Source: Haliotis rufescens (Eukaryota). From it: a stretch of DNA of 64,000 bases. Shown piece after piece: positions 24,967 to 37,769 of the stretch (position 1 is the stretch's first letter; the number at the start of each line of letters is the position of its first letter). The notes under the pieces were generated by a model. That model saw only the letters and a program-made list of their open reading frames with translations, did no database searches and was not told the origin of the DNA. The position numbers and the translations under genes are program-made. The stretch is taken from NCBI RefSeq assembly GCF_023055435.1, contig NW_025963824.1, positions 2,728,001 to 2,792,000 of the forward strand, in the 5' to 3' direction.

Positions 24967-25852
24967 CAGAGCTATACAGAATGAGATAAGCAGCTTATTT
25001 GCGTAAAAATATTCAAAACCAAACTACATGCAATGAAAAACTCAAATGTATAAAAACGAAGCTTTTCCAGCATGCGTACAAAGGAGCTAATTTCCAAAAC
25101 ACAATTACGAGCTAATTTACTTTCCGAGTCTAGCCTATATAGTTAGAACAGTTATATACATCTAAAACATTATTATTATTTTTTTTATTTTAATCTTAAA
25201 ATGTTCACTAATTTTGGGAAAAACCCAATAGAGACATGAGGAGATGAGTGAAAAAATATCGGTTACCCAATGAAAAATGTAATAATCCAATTAAAATAGA
25301 ATCCCTAGATTGCTCTTGTCTCCCCTGTTTTATACATTGACACACAGGCGGAAAAGCCAGACTGTAAATATACTGCCTGTATAAACATAGGCAGATCCCA
25401 ACCTGACAATACCTATCAGCATGTTGTGAAGGACATCAAGCAAACAGGGGGTTTATTACAGACAAATATGGAAATATTAACAACAGATTTGATTTTATCT
25501 GTATTTCCTGAACACTCAAAGTCCTTGAACCAATGATTGTACATTGATAACCACGTAGGTGAGACTAGCGTGCTATTGCTTCCTGGTGTGGCTGACCTGT
25601 GCTCACGAGTGCATGACCCATATAGTACGACAGCACTACAACACTACGATACTACGACAATACAGCACCACAGCAATACAACACTACATTTATATTTCAA
25701 GACCAAGTCACTACAGATATATTTTTAAACTTGAAGCAAACCAAAATGTCATTTCCTTGAACTAAAAAGCGACAAGGGAAAACCCTGATGGTAACAAACA
25801 AGCTGACTTTGTTTGAAAAATATACTTATATGAAATATCACTTTAATGACAA

Positions 25853-26470
25853 ATATTACTTGGCAATGATGAACATGACTGGGCAATGATGAACATTACT
25901 GGGCAATGGTGAACATTACTGGGCAATGATGAACATGACTGGGCAATGATGAACATGACTGGGCAATGATGAACATGACTGGGCAATGATGAACATGACT
26001 GGGCAATGATGAACATTACTAGGCAATGGTGAACATTACTGGGCAATGATGAACATTACTGGGCAATGATGAACATTACTGGGCAATGATGAACATCACT
26101 GGGCAATGATGAACATTACTGGGCAATGATGAACATCACTGGGCAATGATGAACATTACTGGACAATGATGAACATTACTGGGCAATGATGAACATTACA
26201 GGGCAATGATGAACATTACTGGGCAATAATGAACATTACTGGGCAATGGTGAACATTACTGGGCAATGATGAACATAACTGGGCAATGATGAACATGACT
26301 GGGCAATGATGAACATTACTGGGCAATAATGAACATTACTGGGCAATAATGAACATTACTGGGCAATGATGAACATGACTGGGCAATGATGAACTTTACT
26401 GGGCAATGATGAACATTACTGGGCAATGATGAACATGACTGGGCAATGGTTAAAATTACTGGGCAATTGT
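25853..26470. repeat. 20-bp minisatellite (~30 copies)
   Basis: Unit gggcaatgatgaacattact. Confidence 0.95.
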
Positions 26471-26708
26471 GATGCACTTTCATTCTCACAAAGCATCCCA
26501 TCGTTACTGGGCAACATGGGACGATCCAACTCTTCACTCATACATCCAACCTCCTTGTAACTGTGCAGGCAGTTTGTAGTTATATGGGATTACCAAAAGC
26601 TGTGTGTTTTAGGGATCATACCACAAGTGGATTTTGCAGATAAGGTGACGCATGTAGATAGGCAATGTGTGTGTTTCTAACTTGAAGTTTCAATGTTGAT
26701 TCTTACAT

Positions 26709-27204
26709 TAGAGCTCCAGATAAGCTTTTGGTATTTTACCCATGCATTTTAAAATCATCGGGTATCTGTAATTCTATCTGGGTATTCAAATTTCTGTTAC
26801 CCACTAGTTTTTACACATGTGGGTATTTAAGTAAATATTTAAAAACACCACTCATCTAGTCCCTGCAAGCTGGTGTCGTGTGGGTTTGAGAGCTTTATAG
26901 GACTCAAAAATACCACGATGCTTCCACAAGAAAGTGTGATGGCAAATGATCATGACGTAACTGTCACCGTGGAGTTTGGCAAGGTTGACAGAATGTCTGT
27001 TTATAATTTCAAAATAAGTTGCTGATTTGCTAATCGAATACGCAGGGTTACTTCACAATATTTTGATGATACGCACAAGTTTTATTTTTGTAGCGAATCT
27101 GTAATGTTTGTTGCGTATTTGATACGCTTGGATTTTATTTTACTGCGTATTTCTGCATTTTTTATGTGTATTTTACGCAGATACGCAGCTTATCTGGAGC
27201 TCTG
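26709..27204. mobile_element. MITE with (c/t)agagctccagataag terminal inverted repeats
   Basis: tagagctccagataagc ... gcttatctggagctctg; no clear TSD. Confidence 0.6.
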
Positions 27205-27530
27205 TAAACCATCATCACATTCAGCTGGAAATGATGTAAGAATCTACATCGAATGGTCACCATATGCCGTATGCACATTTACCAACAACTATACTCCCGA
27301 CATCCTGAATTATAAGTAATCCCTTAAAATGGTGTGAACTACGTGGAAGTTATCAATATAATTTCTACCTATCTTGTGTAAGAAAGCTTTGTGAGATAAT
27401 CTCTATTCATCTATGACTCATCCCGATATACTCGAAATACTGGCGATGTGACGTTAAATCTTAACTCACTCACTCACTATTCATCTATGTATTGAAGTCA
27501 GCGAGATAATCTCTACCTACCTTGTGTATG

Positions 27531-27636
27531 GGTGAGTGAGTGAATGAGTGAGTTGGGTTTAACGCCGCTTTTAACAGTATTCCAGTTATATCACAGCGTG
27601 TGAGCTTAATGTGGGAGGAAAGCCCGAAGTGATGCA
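27531..27636 (-). mobile_element. SINE family A, 3' fragment
   Basis: Homologous to the 3' end of 58554-58836. Confidence 0.75.
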
Positions 27637-30600
27637 TATCTTATGTATGGAAGTTAGCGAGATAATCTCTACCTATCTTATGTATGGAAGTTAGCGAGAT
27701 AATCTCTACCTATCTTATGTATGGAAGTTAGCGACATAATCTCTACCTATCTTATGTATGGAAGTTAGCGACATAATCTCTACCTATCTTATGTATGGAA
27801 GTAAGCGACATAATCTCTACCTATCTTATGTATGTAAGTTAGCGACATAATCTCTACCTATCTTATGTATGTAAGTTAGCGACATAATCTCTACCTATCT
27901 TATGTATGGTAGTTAGTGACATAATCTCTACCTATCTCATGTATGGAAGTTAGCGACATAATCTCTACCTATCTTATGTATGGAAGTTAGCGAGATAATC
28001 TCTACCTATCTCATGTATTGAAGTCAGCGAGATAATCTCTACCTATCTTATGTATGGAAGTTAGCGACATAATCTCTACCTATCTTATGTATGGAAGTTA
28101 GCGAGATAATCTCTACCTATCTCATGTATTGAAGTCAGCGAGATAATCTCTACCTATCTTATGTATGGAAGTTAGCGACATAATCTCTACCTATCTTGCG
28201 CATGGAAGTTAGCGACATTATCTCTACCTATCTTGCGTATGGAAGTAAGACATAATCTCTACCTATCTTGCGTATGGAAGTTAGCGACATAATCTCTACC
28301 TATCTTATGTATGGAAGTTAGCGACATAATTCTACCTATCTTATGTATGGAAGTTAGTGACATAATCTCTACCTATCTTATGTATGGAAGTTAGCGACAT
28401 AACCTCTACCTATCTTGTGTATGGAAGTTAGCAACATAATCTCTACCTATCTTGTGTATGTAAGTTAGCGACATAATCTCTACCTATCTTATGTATGGAA
28501 GTTAGTGACATAATCTCTACCTATCTTGTGTATGGAAGTTAGCGACATAATCTCTACCTATCTTATTTATGGAAGTTAGCGAGATAATTCTACCTATCTT
28601 ATGTATGGAAGTTAGCGACATAATCTCTACCTATCTTGCGTATGGAAGTTAGCGACATAATCTCTACCTATCTTATGTATGGAAGTTAGCGAGATAATTC
28701 TACCTATCTTATGTATGGAAGTTAGCGACATAATCTCTACCTGTCTTATGTATGGAAGTTAGCGACATAATCTCTACCTATCTTATGTATGGAAGTTAGC
28801 GACATAAACTCTACCTATCTTATGTATGGAAGTTAGCGACATAATCTCTACCTACCTTGTGTATGGAAGTAAGCGACATAATCTCTACCTATCTTATGTA
28901 TGGAGTTAGTGACATAAACTCTACCTATCTTATGTATGGAAGTTAGCGACATAAACTCTACCTATCTTATGTATGGAAGTAAGCGACATAATCTCTACCT
29001 ATCTTATGTATGGAAGTTAGCAACATAATCTCTACCCATCTTATGTATGGAAGTTAGCGACATAATCTCTATCTATCTTGTGTATGGAAGTTAGAGAGAT
29101 AATCTCTACCTATCTTATGTATGGAAGATAGCGACATACATGACATAATCTCTACCTATCTTATGTATGGAAGTTAGCGAGATAATTCTACCTATCTTAT
29201 GTATGGAAGTTAGCGACATAATCTCTACCTGTCTTATGTATGGAAGTTAGCGACATAATCTCTACCCATCTTATGTATGGAAGTTAGCGACATAATCTCT
29301 ACCTATCTTAAGTATGGAAGTAAGCGACATAATCTCTACCTATCTTATGTATGGAAGTTAGTGACATAATCTCTACCTATCTTATGTATAGAAGTTAGCG
29401 ACATAATCTCTACCTATCTAATGTATGGAAGTTAGCGACATAATCTCTACCCATCTTATGTATGGAAGTTAGCGACATAATCTCTACCTGTCTTATGTAT
29501 GGAAGATAGCGACATAATCTCTACCTATCTTATGTATGGAAGTTAGCGACATAATCTCTACCTATCTTATGTATGGAAGTTAGCGACATAATTTCTACCT
29601 ATCTTATGTATGGAAGTTAGCGACATAATCTCTACCTATCTTATGTATGGAAGATAGTGACATAATCTCTACCTATCTTATGTATGGAAGTTAGCGACAT
29701 AAACTCTACCTATCTTATGTATGGAAGATAGCGACATAATCTCTACCTATCTTATGTATGGAAGATAGCGACATAATCTCTACCTATCTTATGTATGGAA
29801 GTTAGCGACATAATCTCTACCCATCTTATGTATGGAAGTTAGCGACATAATCTCTATCTATCTTGTGTATGGAAGTTAGAGAGATAATCTCTACCTATCT
29901 TATGTATGGAAGTTAGTGACATACATGACATAATCTCTACCTATCTTATGTATGGAAGTTAGCGACATAATCTCTACCTGTCTTATGTATGGAAGTAAGC
30001 GACATAATCTCTACCCATCTTATGTATGGAAGTTAGCGACATAATCTCTACCTATCTTAAGTATGGAAGTAAGCGACATAATCTCTACCTATCTTATGTA
30101 TGGAAGTTAGTGACATAATCTCTACCTATCTTATGTATGGAAGTTAGCGACATAATTTCCCCCACCTATCTTATGTATGGAAGATAGCGACATAATCTCT
30201 ACCTATCTTATGTATGGAAGTTAGCGACATAATCTCTACCTATCTTATGTATGGAAGATAGCGAGATAATTCTACCTATCTTATGTATGGAAGTTAGCGA
30301 CATAATCTCTACCTATCTTATGTATGGAAGTTAGCGACATAATCTCTACCTATCTTATGTATGGAAGATAGCGACATAATCTCTACCTATCTTATGTATG
30401 GAAGTTAGCGACATAATCTCTATCTATCTTGTGTATGGAAGTTAGCGACATAATCTCTACCTATCTTATGTATGGAAGTTAGCGACATAATCTCTACCTA
30501 TCTTATGTATGGAAGTAAGACATAATCTCTACCTATCTTATGTATGGAAGTTAGACATAATCTCTACCTATCTTATGTATGGAAGTAAGACATAATCTCT

Positions 30601-31745
30601 ACCTATCTTATGTATGGAAGTAAGACATAATCTCTACCTATCTTATGTATGGAAGTAAGACATAATCTCTACCTATCTTATGTATGGAAGTAAGACATAA
30701 TCTCTACCTATCTTATGTATGGAAGTAAGACATAATCTCTACCTATCTTATGTATGGAAGTTAGCGACATAATCTCTACCTATCTTATGTATGGAAGTAA
30801 GCGACATAATCTCTACCTATCTTATGTATGGAAGTTAGCGACATAATCTCTACCTACCTTGTGTATGGGTGAGTGAGTGAATGAGTGGGTCGGGTTTAAC
30901 GCTGCTTTTAACAGTATTCCAGTTATATCACGGCGTGTCAGCTTAATGTGGGAGGAAAGCCTGAAGTGATGCAGGTCTCAGACGTTTACCACTTCGGTGA
31001 AACCCACGAGCACGGGTATAGTGCTGACAAACCTAGAAACATGATCGGGGCGAACCGAGATTTGAATCCACAATCATTGGTTTCTGTGATTATCTCTACC
31101 TATCTTATGTATGGAAGTTAGCGAGATAATTTCTATCTATCTTATGTATGGAAGTTAGCGACATAATCTCTACCTATCTTATGTATGGAAGTAAGCGACA
31201 TAATCTCTACCTATCTTATGTATGGAAGTTAGCGACATAATCTCTACCTATCTTGCGTATGGAAGTTAGTGAGATAATCTCTACCTATCTTATGTATGGA
31301 AGTTAGCGACATAATCTCTACCTATCTTATGTATGGAAGTTAGCGACATAATCTCTACCTATCTTATGTATGGAAGTTAGCGACATAATCTCTACCTATC
31401 TTATGTATGGAAGTAAGCGACATAATCTCTACCTATCTTGCGTATGGAAGTTAGCGAGATAATCTCTACCTATCTTGCGTATGGAAGTTAGCGAGATAAT
31501 CTCTACCTATCTTATGTATGGAAGTTAGAGAGATAATTCTACCTATCTTGCGTATGGAAGTTAGCGAGATAATTCTACCTATCTTATGTATGGAAGTTAG
31601 AGAGATAATTCTACCTATCTTGCGTATGGAAGTAAGTGACATAATCTCTACCCATCTTGCGTATGGAAGTTAGCGAGATAATTCTACCTATCTTATGTAT
31701 GGAAGTTAGCGACATAATCTCTACCTATCTTGTGTATGGAAGTTA
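27637..31745. repeat. 37-bp minisatellite (~100 copies) ending ~15 nt from the exon-1 donor, interrupted by a SINE
   Basis: Unit atctctacctatcttatgtatggaagttagcgacata; degenerate copies extend to ~27340. Confidence 0.95.
30868..31086 (-). mobile_element. SINE family A, 5'-truncated, inside the 37-bp array
   Basis: Homologous to 58554-58836; (TCAC)n tail. Confidence 0.8.
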
Positions 31746-31760
31746 ATAATCCCTGCTCAC

Positions 31761-31973
31761 CTCGTAATATGCGGAGAAGTCGAGCATTTCGCGGAGATCC
31801 AGCTTCTGCGCCTGCAGCAGGAACTTGTTGAGTGACGAGGCGTACTGCCGGTCAGCTTCGTACCGCGAGATGAGGCACTTCCTGAAGTTCTCCAGCAGGC
31901 GAATCTCGGCATCCTGGATCCCAAGCAAACCCTCATGGGACACCCTCCCCTGGAGGTCACTGCCGAACCCCAT
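31761..31973 (-). CDS. FER: FER/FES tyrosine kinase, coding exon 1 (start codon, F-BAR N-terminus)
   Basis: MGFGSDLQGRVSHEGLLGIQDAEIRLLENFRKCLISRYEADRQYA matches the FER N-terminus (MGFGSDL...); acceptor tttcag 7 nt before the ATG; donor GAG|GTGAGC; 213 nt, phase 0. Confidence 0.92.
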
Positions 31974-32495
31974 CGGGAAACTGAAACAGATCAGACACGT
32001 CTATACATGACAAGATGGGTGCAAGCAAACCCTCCCCTGGAGGTCACTGCCGAACCCCATCGGGAAACTGAAACAGATCAGACACGTCTATATATGACAA
32101 GATGGGTGCAAGCAAGACCCTGTGGGACACCCTTCCCTGGAGGTCACTGCCGAACCCCATCGGGAAACTGAAACAGGTCAGACACATCTATACATGACAA
32201 GATGGGTGCAAGCAGGACCCTGTGGGATACCCTCCCCTGGAGGTCACTGCCGAACCCCATCGGGAAACTGAAACAGGTCAGACACATCTATACATGACAA
32301 GATGGGTGCAAGCAGGACCCTGTGGGATACCCTCCCCTGGAGGTCACTGCCGAACCCCATCGGGAAACTGAAACAGGTCAGACACATCTATACATGACAA
32401 GATGGGTGCAAGCAGGACCCTCGTGGGACACCCTCCCCTAAAGGTCACTGCCGAACCCCATCGGGAAACTGAAACAGATCAGACACATCTATACA
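31924..32495. repeat. 100-bp repeat x6 containing the acceptor + ATG + first ~13 codons of FER
   Basis: CAT (minus-strand ATG) at 31971, 32058, 32158, 32258, 32358 and 32459, each in context ccgaaccccatcgggaaactgaaacag. Confidence 0.95.
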
Positions 32496-32916
32496 GGGCG
32501 TGGAGTCATCCCACAGATGACATCCTTACCTTGTCAGCTTGCTGACGGGGTCAACCACTTTGGTCATGTGGACAAGGCAAATGACCTCTGAGCAGAAGGT
32601 CTGTGGTTCGAATCCCATCACAGGACTCGGAAATTTTATGGCAGCTACATTGGCGCCCAACGTGGGGCTGAGCACGTTCATATTAGATTTGAGCAAAACA
32701 AGCCTCAGTACCCTACTATGCGGCCCGGGACGTGCCTTCTGTTGACGGGGGAGTATGTAGCAGGGCATGGAGTCATCCCACAGATGACATCCTCACCTTG
32801 TCAGCTTGCTTACGGGGTTAACCTCTTTGGTCATGTGGACAAGGCGTCCGACCTCTGATCAGAAGGTCTGTGGTTCGAATCCCATCACGGGACTCGGAAA
32901 TTTTATGGCCGCTACA
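32494..32916 (+). mobile_element. TRIM (miniature non-autonomous LTR retrotransposon) with tRNA-derived sequence in its LTRs (Helenus-like)
   Basis: 5' LTR ~32494-32649 (first bases lost); PBS TGGCGCCCAACGTGGGGC at 32651-32668 (tRNA-Lys); PPT gacgggggagta; 3' LTR 32756-32916 TGTAGC...GCTACA. Confidence 0.88.
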
Positions 32917-33057
32917 ACAAGATGGGTGCGAGCAGGACCTTGTGAGAGACTCTACCCTGAAGGTCTTACACCCACAATGAAGCATGTATCTGATATCTAC
33001 TAGTTGTCCTGATAAATATATAGAGATTATCAGTTGAGTGTGCTTCCATGGCATAAA

Positions 33058-33792
33058 TATCACATACTAGCAATACAACTGTATAATCACTTACTAGCAA
33101 TACCATTGTATTATCACATACTAGAAATACAATTGTATTATCGCATACTAGCAATACAATTGTAATATCACTTACTAGCAATACAATAGTATTATCGCAT
33201 ACTAGCAATACAATTGTAATATCACTTACTAGCAATACAATAGTATTATCACATACTAGAAATACAATTGTATTATCGCATACTAGCAATACAATTGTAA
33301 TATCACTTACTAGCAATACAATAGTATTATCACATACTAGCAATACAATTGTATTATCGCATACTAGCAATACAATTGTAATATCACTTACTAGCAATAC
33401 AATAGTATTATCACATACTAGCAAAACAATTGTATTATCGCATACTAGCAATACAATTGTATTATCACATACTAGCAATACGATAGTATTATCGCATACT
33501 AGCAATACAATTGTATTATCGCATACTAGCAATACAATTGTATTATCACATACTAGCAATACGATAGTATTATCGCATACTAGCAATACAATTGTATTAT
33601 CACATACTAGCAATACAATTGAATTATCACTTAAAGCAATACAATTGTATTATCGCATACTAGCAACACAATTGTATTATCACATACTAGCAATACAATT
33701 GTATTATCACATACTAGCAATACAATTGTATTATCACATACTAGCAATCCAATTGTATTATCACATACTAGCAATAAAATTGTATTATCACA
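33058..33792. repeat. 30-bp minisatellite (~24 copies) with internal palindrome aatacaattgtatt
   Basis: 10-aa periodicity in the ORF track. Confidence 0.93.
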
Positions 33793-34989
33793 CAGCGTTC
33801 CCGTTTCCAGTAATTGCCAGTTTTTTACCTCTAATTACCAGTTTACCAGTAAAATTAGGCTTGGGCCGGTAATTCATGTGACTGCCAGTCTCTGTGGACC
33901 GACCGGCAAATAAAGTACCTTATAAATCTATGTTGAACAAAACATCGGTGATATTCATATAAGTACATTTTTCGAACAAAGTCAGTCTGTTATCATCAGG
34001 GTTTCCCCTTGTCTATCACTTGGTTAAATATTCATTTGTAGCGACTTCGTCTCGAAATATTAAAACAGAGAAAGAGAAAATTGTGAGTGAAGTTGGAGTG
34101 AATGACATATAGATCTAACTAAGTTACTTCAGAGATGACATCTTTGCACTGAACATGATGTTGAAAGAATTAAAACCAAATAATTTTCATACGTCTTTTT
34201 AATTGTTGAAGTTGGGACTGGCAAAAATTAGGGGGTACTGGTAATCATCTGGTTCAACAGACTGGTTTATAACATCAATAAAGTTGTCCATTGTACATGC
34301 TGTATGATAAAATCAATTTTTGGAGAGTCTATGAAATATATTTTTCAAACAATCGCTATGTTTTGATGCAAAATACCTTTTTATCATCAGCGTAGTGCAT
34401 TAGGTTTGGGACGGGTAACCATGGTAACGCAGGTCGGGTGGGTACTGAGTGGGACCCCAGTACCCACAGGACTACCCGGACCCATAGTAAGTCATGTGAT
34501 ACAATGTTTAAGGACAAAAAATCACTATGAATCAATGTGTACGCCACAAGTCAATAATGTTCGCATTTCTTTCCAACTAGTGTAGTCACTACACACACAT
34601 TCCTTCTGCTCCGGTAAAGCAATTCATAATCAGACATTCCGTACCCAACGCTTGAGACCTACAGATGGTACCTGATGCGGGTTCGGTCAGCAAGGGCCGG
34701 TTATGGGTATATCTAACATATTTTGTTTATTATTTACAGTGGTTACCATGGTTACCCAAGGACCCGCCAAAATTTCCCATTATCAAGTGTCCCCAATGTA
34801 TATGGACAAGTTAGGTGAGGTGTGGTGAGGGTGAAATGGGGTTTCAAGTCTTGTTCAAGATTATCGCACTTATTTAGTGATGTCCATGTGCGTGCGTGCA
34901 GTGATTTTGAAGCGTGACATAGATCCACTACATGGCTATCTGCGTCAGTGAGTTTGAATTAATTTCAGTGAATTCACGGTGTGTAGATT

Positions 34990-36295
34990 TCCTCCCCCTC
35001 TTGACCTCCAGCCCACCTCCCCCTCTTGACCTCTATCCCCTCTCTGCCACCATCCCACTTTCGGCCTCCACTCCCTCTCAACCCCTTCCCCCCCCCCTTC
35101 TTGACCTCCATCCCTTCTCAACCACCTCCCCCTTTTGACCTCCATCCCCTCTTGACCTCAAACCCCTCTCAACCACCTCCCCCTTTTGACCTCCATCCCC
35201 TCTCAACCACCTCCCCCTCTCTGCCACCATCCCACTTTCGGCCTCCACCCCCTCTCAACCCCCCCTCTTGACCTCCATCCCTTCTCCACCCCCTCCCCCT
35301 CTTGATCTCCCCCCCTCTAACCCTCCATCCTTTCTCAACCCCCCCTCCTCTTGACCTCCATCCCATCTCCACCACCTCCCCCTCTCCCCTTCTTAACCTC
35401 CATCCTTTCTCAACCACCTCCCCCTCTTGACCTCCATCCCCTCTCAACCATCCCCCCCCTCCCTTCTCAACCACCTCCCCCTCTTGACCTCAAACCCCTC
35501 TCAACCACCTCCCCCTTTTGACCTCCATCCCCTCTCAACCACCTCCCCCTCTCCCCTTCTTAACCTCCATCCTTTCTCAACCACCTCCCCCTCTTGACCT
35601 CCATCCCCTCTCAACCATCCCCCCCCTCCCTTCTCAACCACCTCCCCCTCTTGACCTCAAACCCCTCTCAACCACCTCCCCCTTTTGACCTCCATCCCCT
35701 CTCAACCACCTCCCCCTCTCCCCTTCTTAACCTCCATCCTTTCTCAACCACCTCCCCCTCTTGACCTCCATCCCCTCTCAACCATCCCCCCCCTCCCTTC
35801 TCAACCACCTCCCCCTCTTGACCTCAAACCCCTCTCAACCACCTCCCCCTTTTGACCTCCATCCCCTCTCAACCACCTCCCCCTCTCCCCTTCTTAACCT
35901 CCATCCTTTCTCAACCACCTCCCCCTCTTGACCTCCATCCCCTCTCTGCCACCATCCCACTTTCGGCCTCCATCCCCTCTCAACCACCTCCCACTCTCGA
36001 CATCCACCCCCTCTCGGCCTCCCCCCCTTATCTGCCACCACCCCATCACGGCCTCCACCCCGTTTCGTCCTCCATCCACTCACTGCAACCACCACCTTTC
36101 TGCCTCCACCCCCTCTGTGCCACCTACCCCTCTGTGCCACCACCCCCTCTGTGCCACCTACCCCTCTGTGCCACCACCCCCTCTCTGCCACCTACCCCTC
36201 TGTGCCACCTACCACTCTCAGCCTCCACCCCCTCTGTGCCACCACCCCCTCTCTGCCACCACCCCCTCTGTGCCACCACCCCCTCTCAACCACCA
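34990..36295. repeat. C-rich low-complexity tandem region (G-rich on the FER sense strand)
   Basis: Repeated ccacctccccctcttgacctccatcccctctcaa motifs. Confidence 0.85.
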
Positions 36296-36304
36296 ATGAC
36301 TGGT

Positions 36305-36411
36305 AATAGCCACTGGTTGCGCTACGATCGAGCCCAGGAATGCCAGCCCAGTTCGGCAAGGGTGGAAAGTGGACTTTTATAGTCAGTTAAGTCTCTTGCC
36401 TTTGGAAGATG
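36305..36411. mobile_element. Right end of a MULE-like MITE
   Basis: Homologous to 61895-62001. Confidence 0.65.
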
Positions 36412-37769
36412 GGATACTTAATGCAAGGATATGAATATACTGATCAGTGTTCTCAATACTGGGGGGGGGGGGGGGGGGGGGGACATTATACATGACGACA
36501 GTCATCACACACCAATATTTTCAAACACTGTTTGCCTACATGGGCAAGATTATCACAGCAGGCACGCAACGTTGGATCAACGTTTAAAATTGGCTGCTTT
36601 TAGGTTGTGACGTTGATCAACCAAAATGCAACGCTGTATCAATGCTAAATCTTAAACGTTGAGCCATGGTTGTGATACTGACGTCACAACAATGTTGAAT
36701 TTAAGACGTACGCACATCATTTCAATTTGATGTGCGCCTATAGGAATATCGACAAATCACCCTACTTTTCCACTCCGTTTCACCTGTTTTAACACTGCGT
36801 TGAAACCCAAGCATGATCAGTTAGCCTGCCAATTCAAATTTGAAGTGTCAACATCAGTTCAATTTTCATATGAAACCAATTTGCAATGTTGTTTCAACGC
36901 TGAAGGGTGATGTTTGTTCATCGTAATGCCTGCTGGGTATATATCATCCCTGTGTTATGGGTTTTTGAACACCTAAGAAAGTTTCGTAGTTTTCACACTC
37001 ATCACACTTTCTCACTAGTTATTTAAGACAACTTTATCTTAAAATCCAGCCATGATCTGAGTATTTACAATGTTTGTGTGGCGCCATAACCCTCGTTGTA
37101 GCAGGAGTACTTGCGATAAACATGGCAGTCCAAAAACACAAGATGTCCGAAAACATATTATTACAATGATATGGGATGCCATGATGTAACATTGCCAACT
37201 GTAAAAGAACATACACCATGGCAACAAGTTATTTCAACTCACAAAGTATATACAACGTGTGTATTGTGTTTTTTTCGTTGAGTCATGAGCACTGTACGAA
37301 ATAATGATAGATATTCATGCACCAGGTGCACTGCACTTAAACAAGTACAGCTTGTGTTTACAATGATTATTGTTTACACCTAAATTATATCACACTTTAA
37401 ATTTATTGCGAGCATAATAAATTACAATTTGACGGCATATTATTTCAGCTGACCTCTTGATTCAGAAATGTCAATATCTTATCTATTCATTTCACAATAA
37501 TTTATTTTCAACTCTCAAAACATTCATTGGACATCTATTTAATACACCTGTATCGTGACCTAACTTTCAGCTGCCCCAACTATCTCCTTTACTCCCACAA
37601 CAACATAGGAATAAAATAACAATCGTAAATCATATTTGATAAAATCAGTAGAGAAATGCCCACGATCTGTCAAAGGCCTCCGGCAGATCGCCTGTTGAAT
37701 GAGATGGGTGCACTGACAGGCTTCTCGTCCAACTGTTGCTTCAGCACGTGAAGGATATATTCTTCTTAC

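Noticed and set aside
22596-24984. 784-aa and overlapping repetitive ORFs
   Set aside because: Read-through of 21-bp and 78-bp tandem repeats; several frames open; no domain
32556-32625. Possible genuine tRNA genes here and at SINE heads (e.g. 60971-61040)
   Set aside because: Embedded in LTR or SINE bodies, acceptor stems not intact, no oligo-T terminator directly after the tRNA-like part
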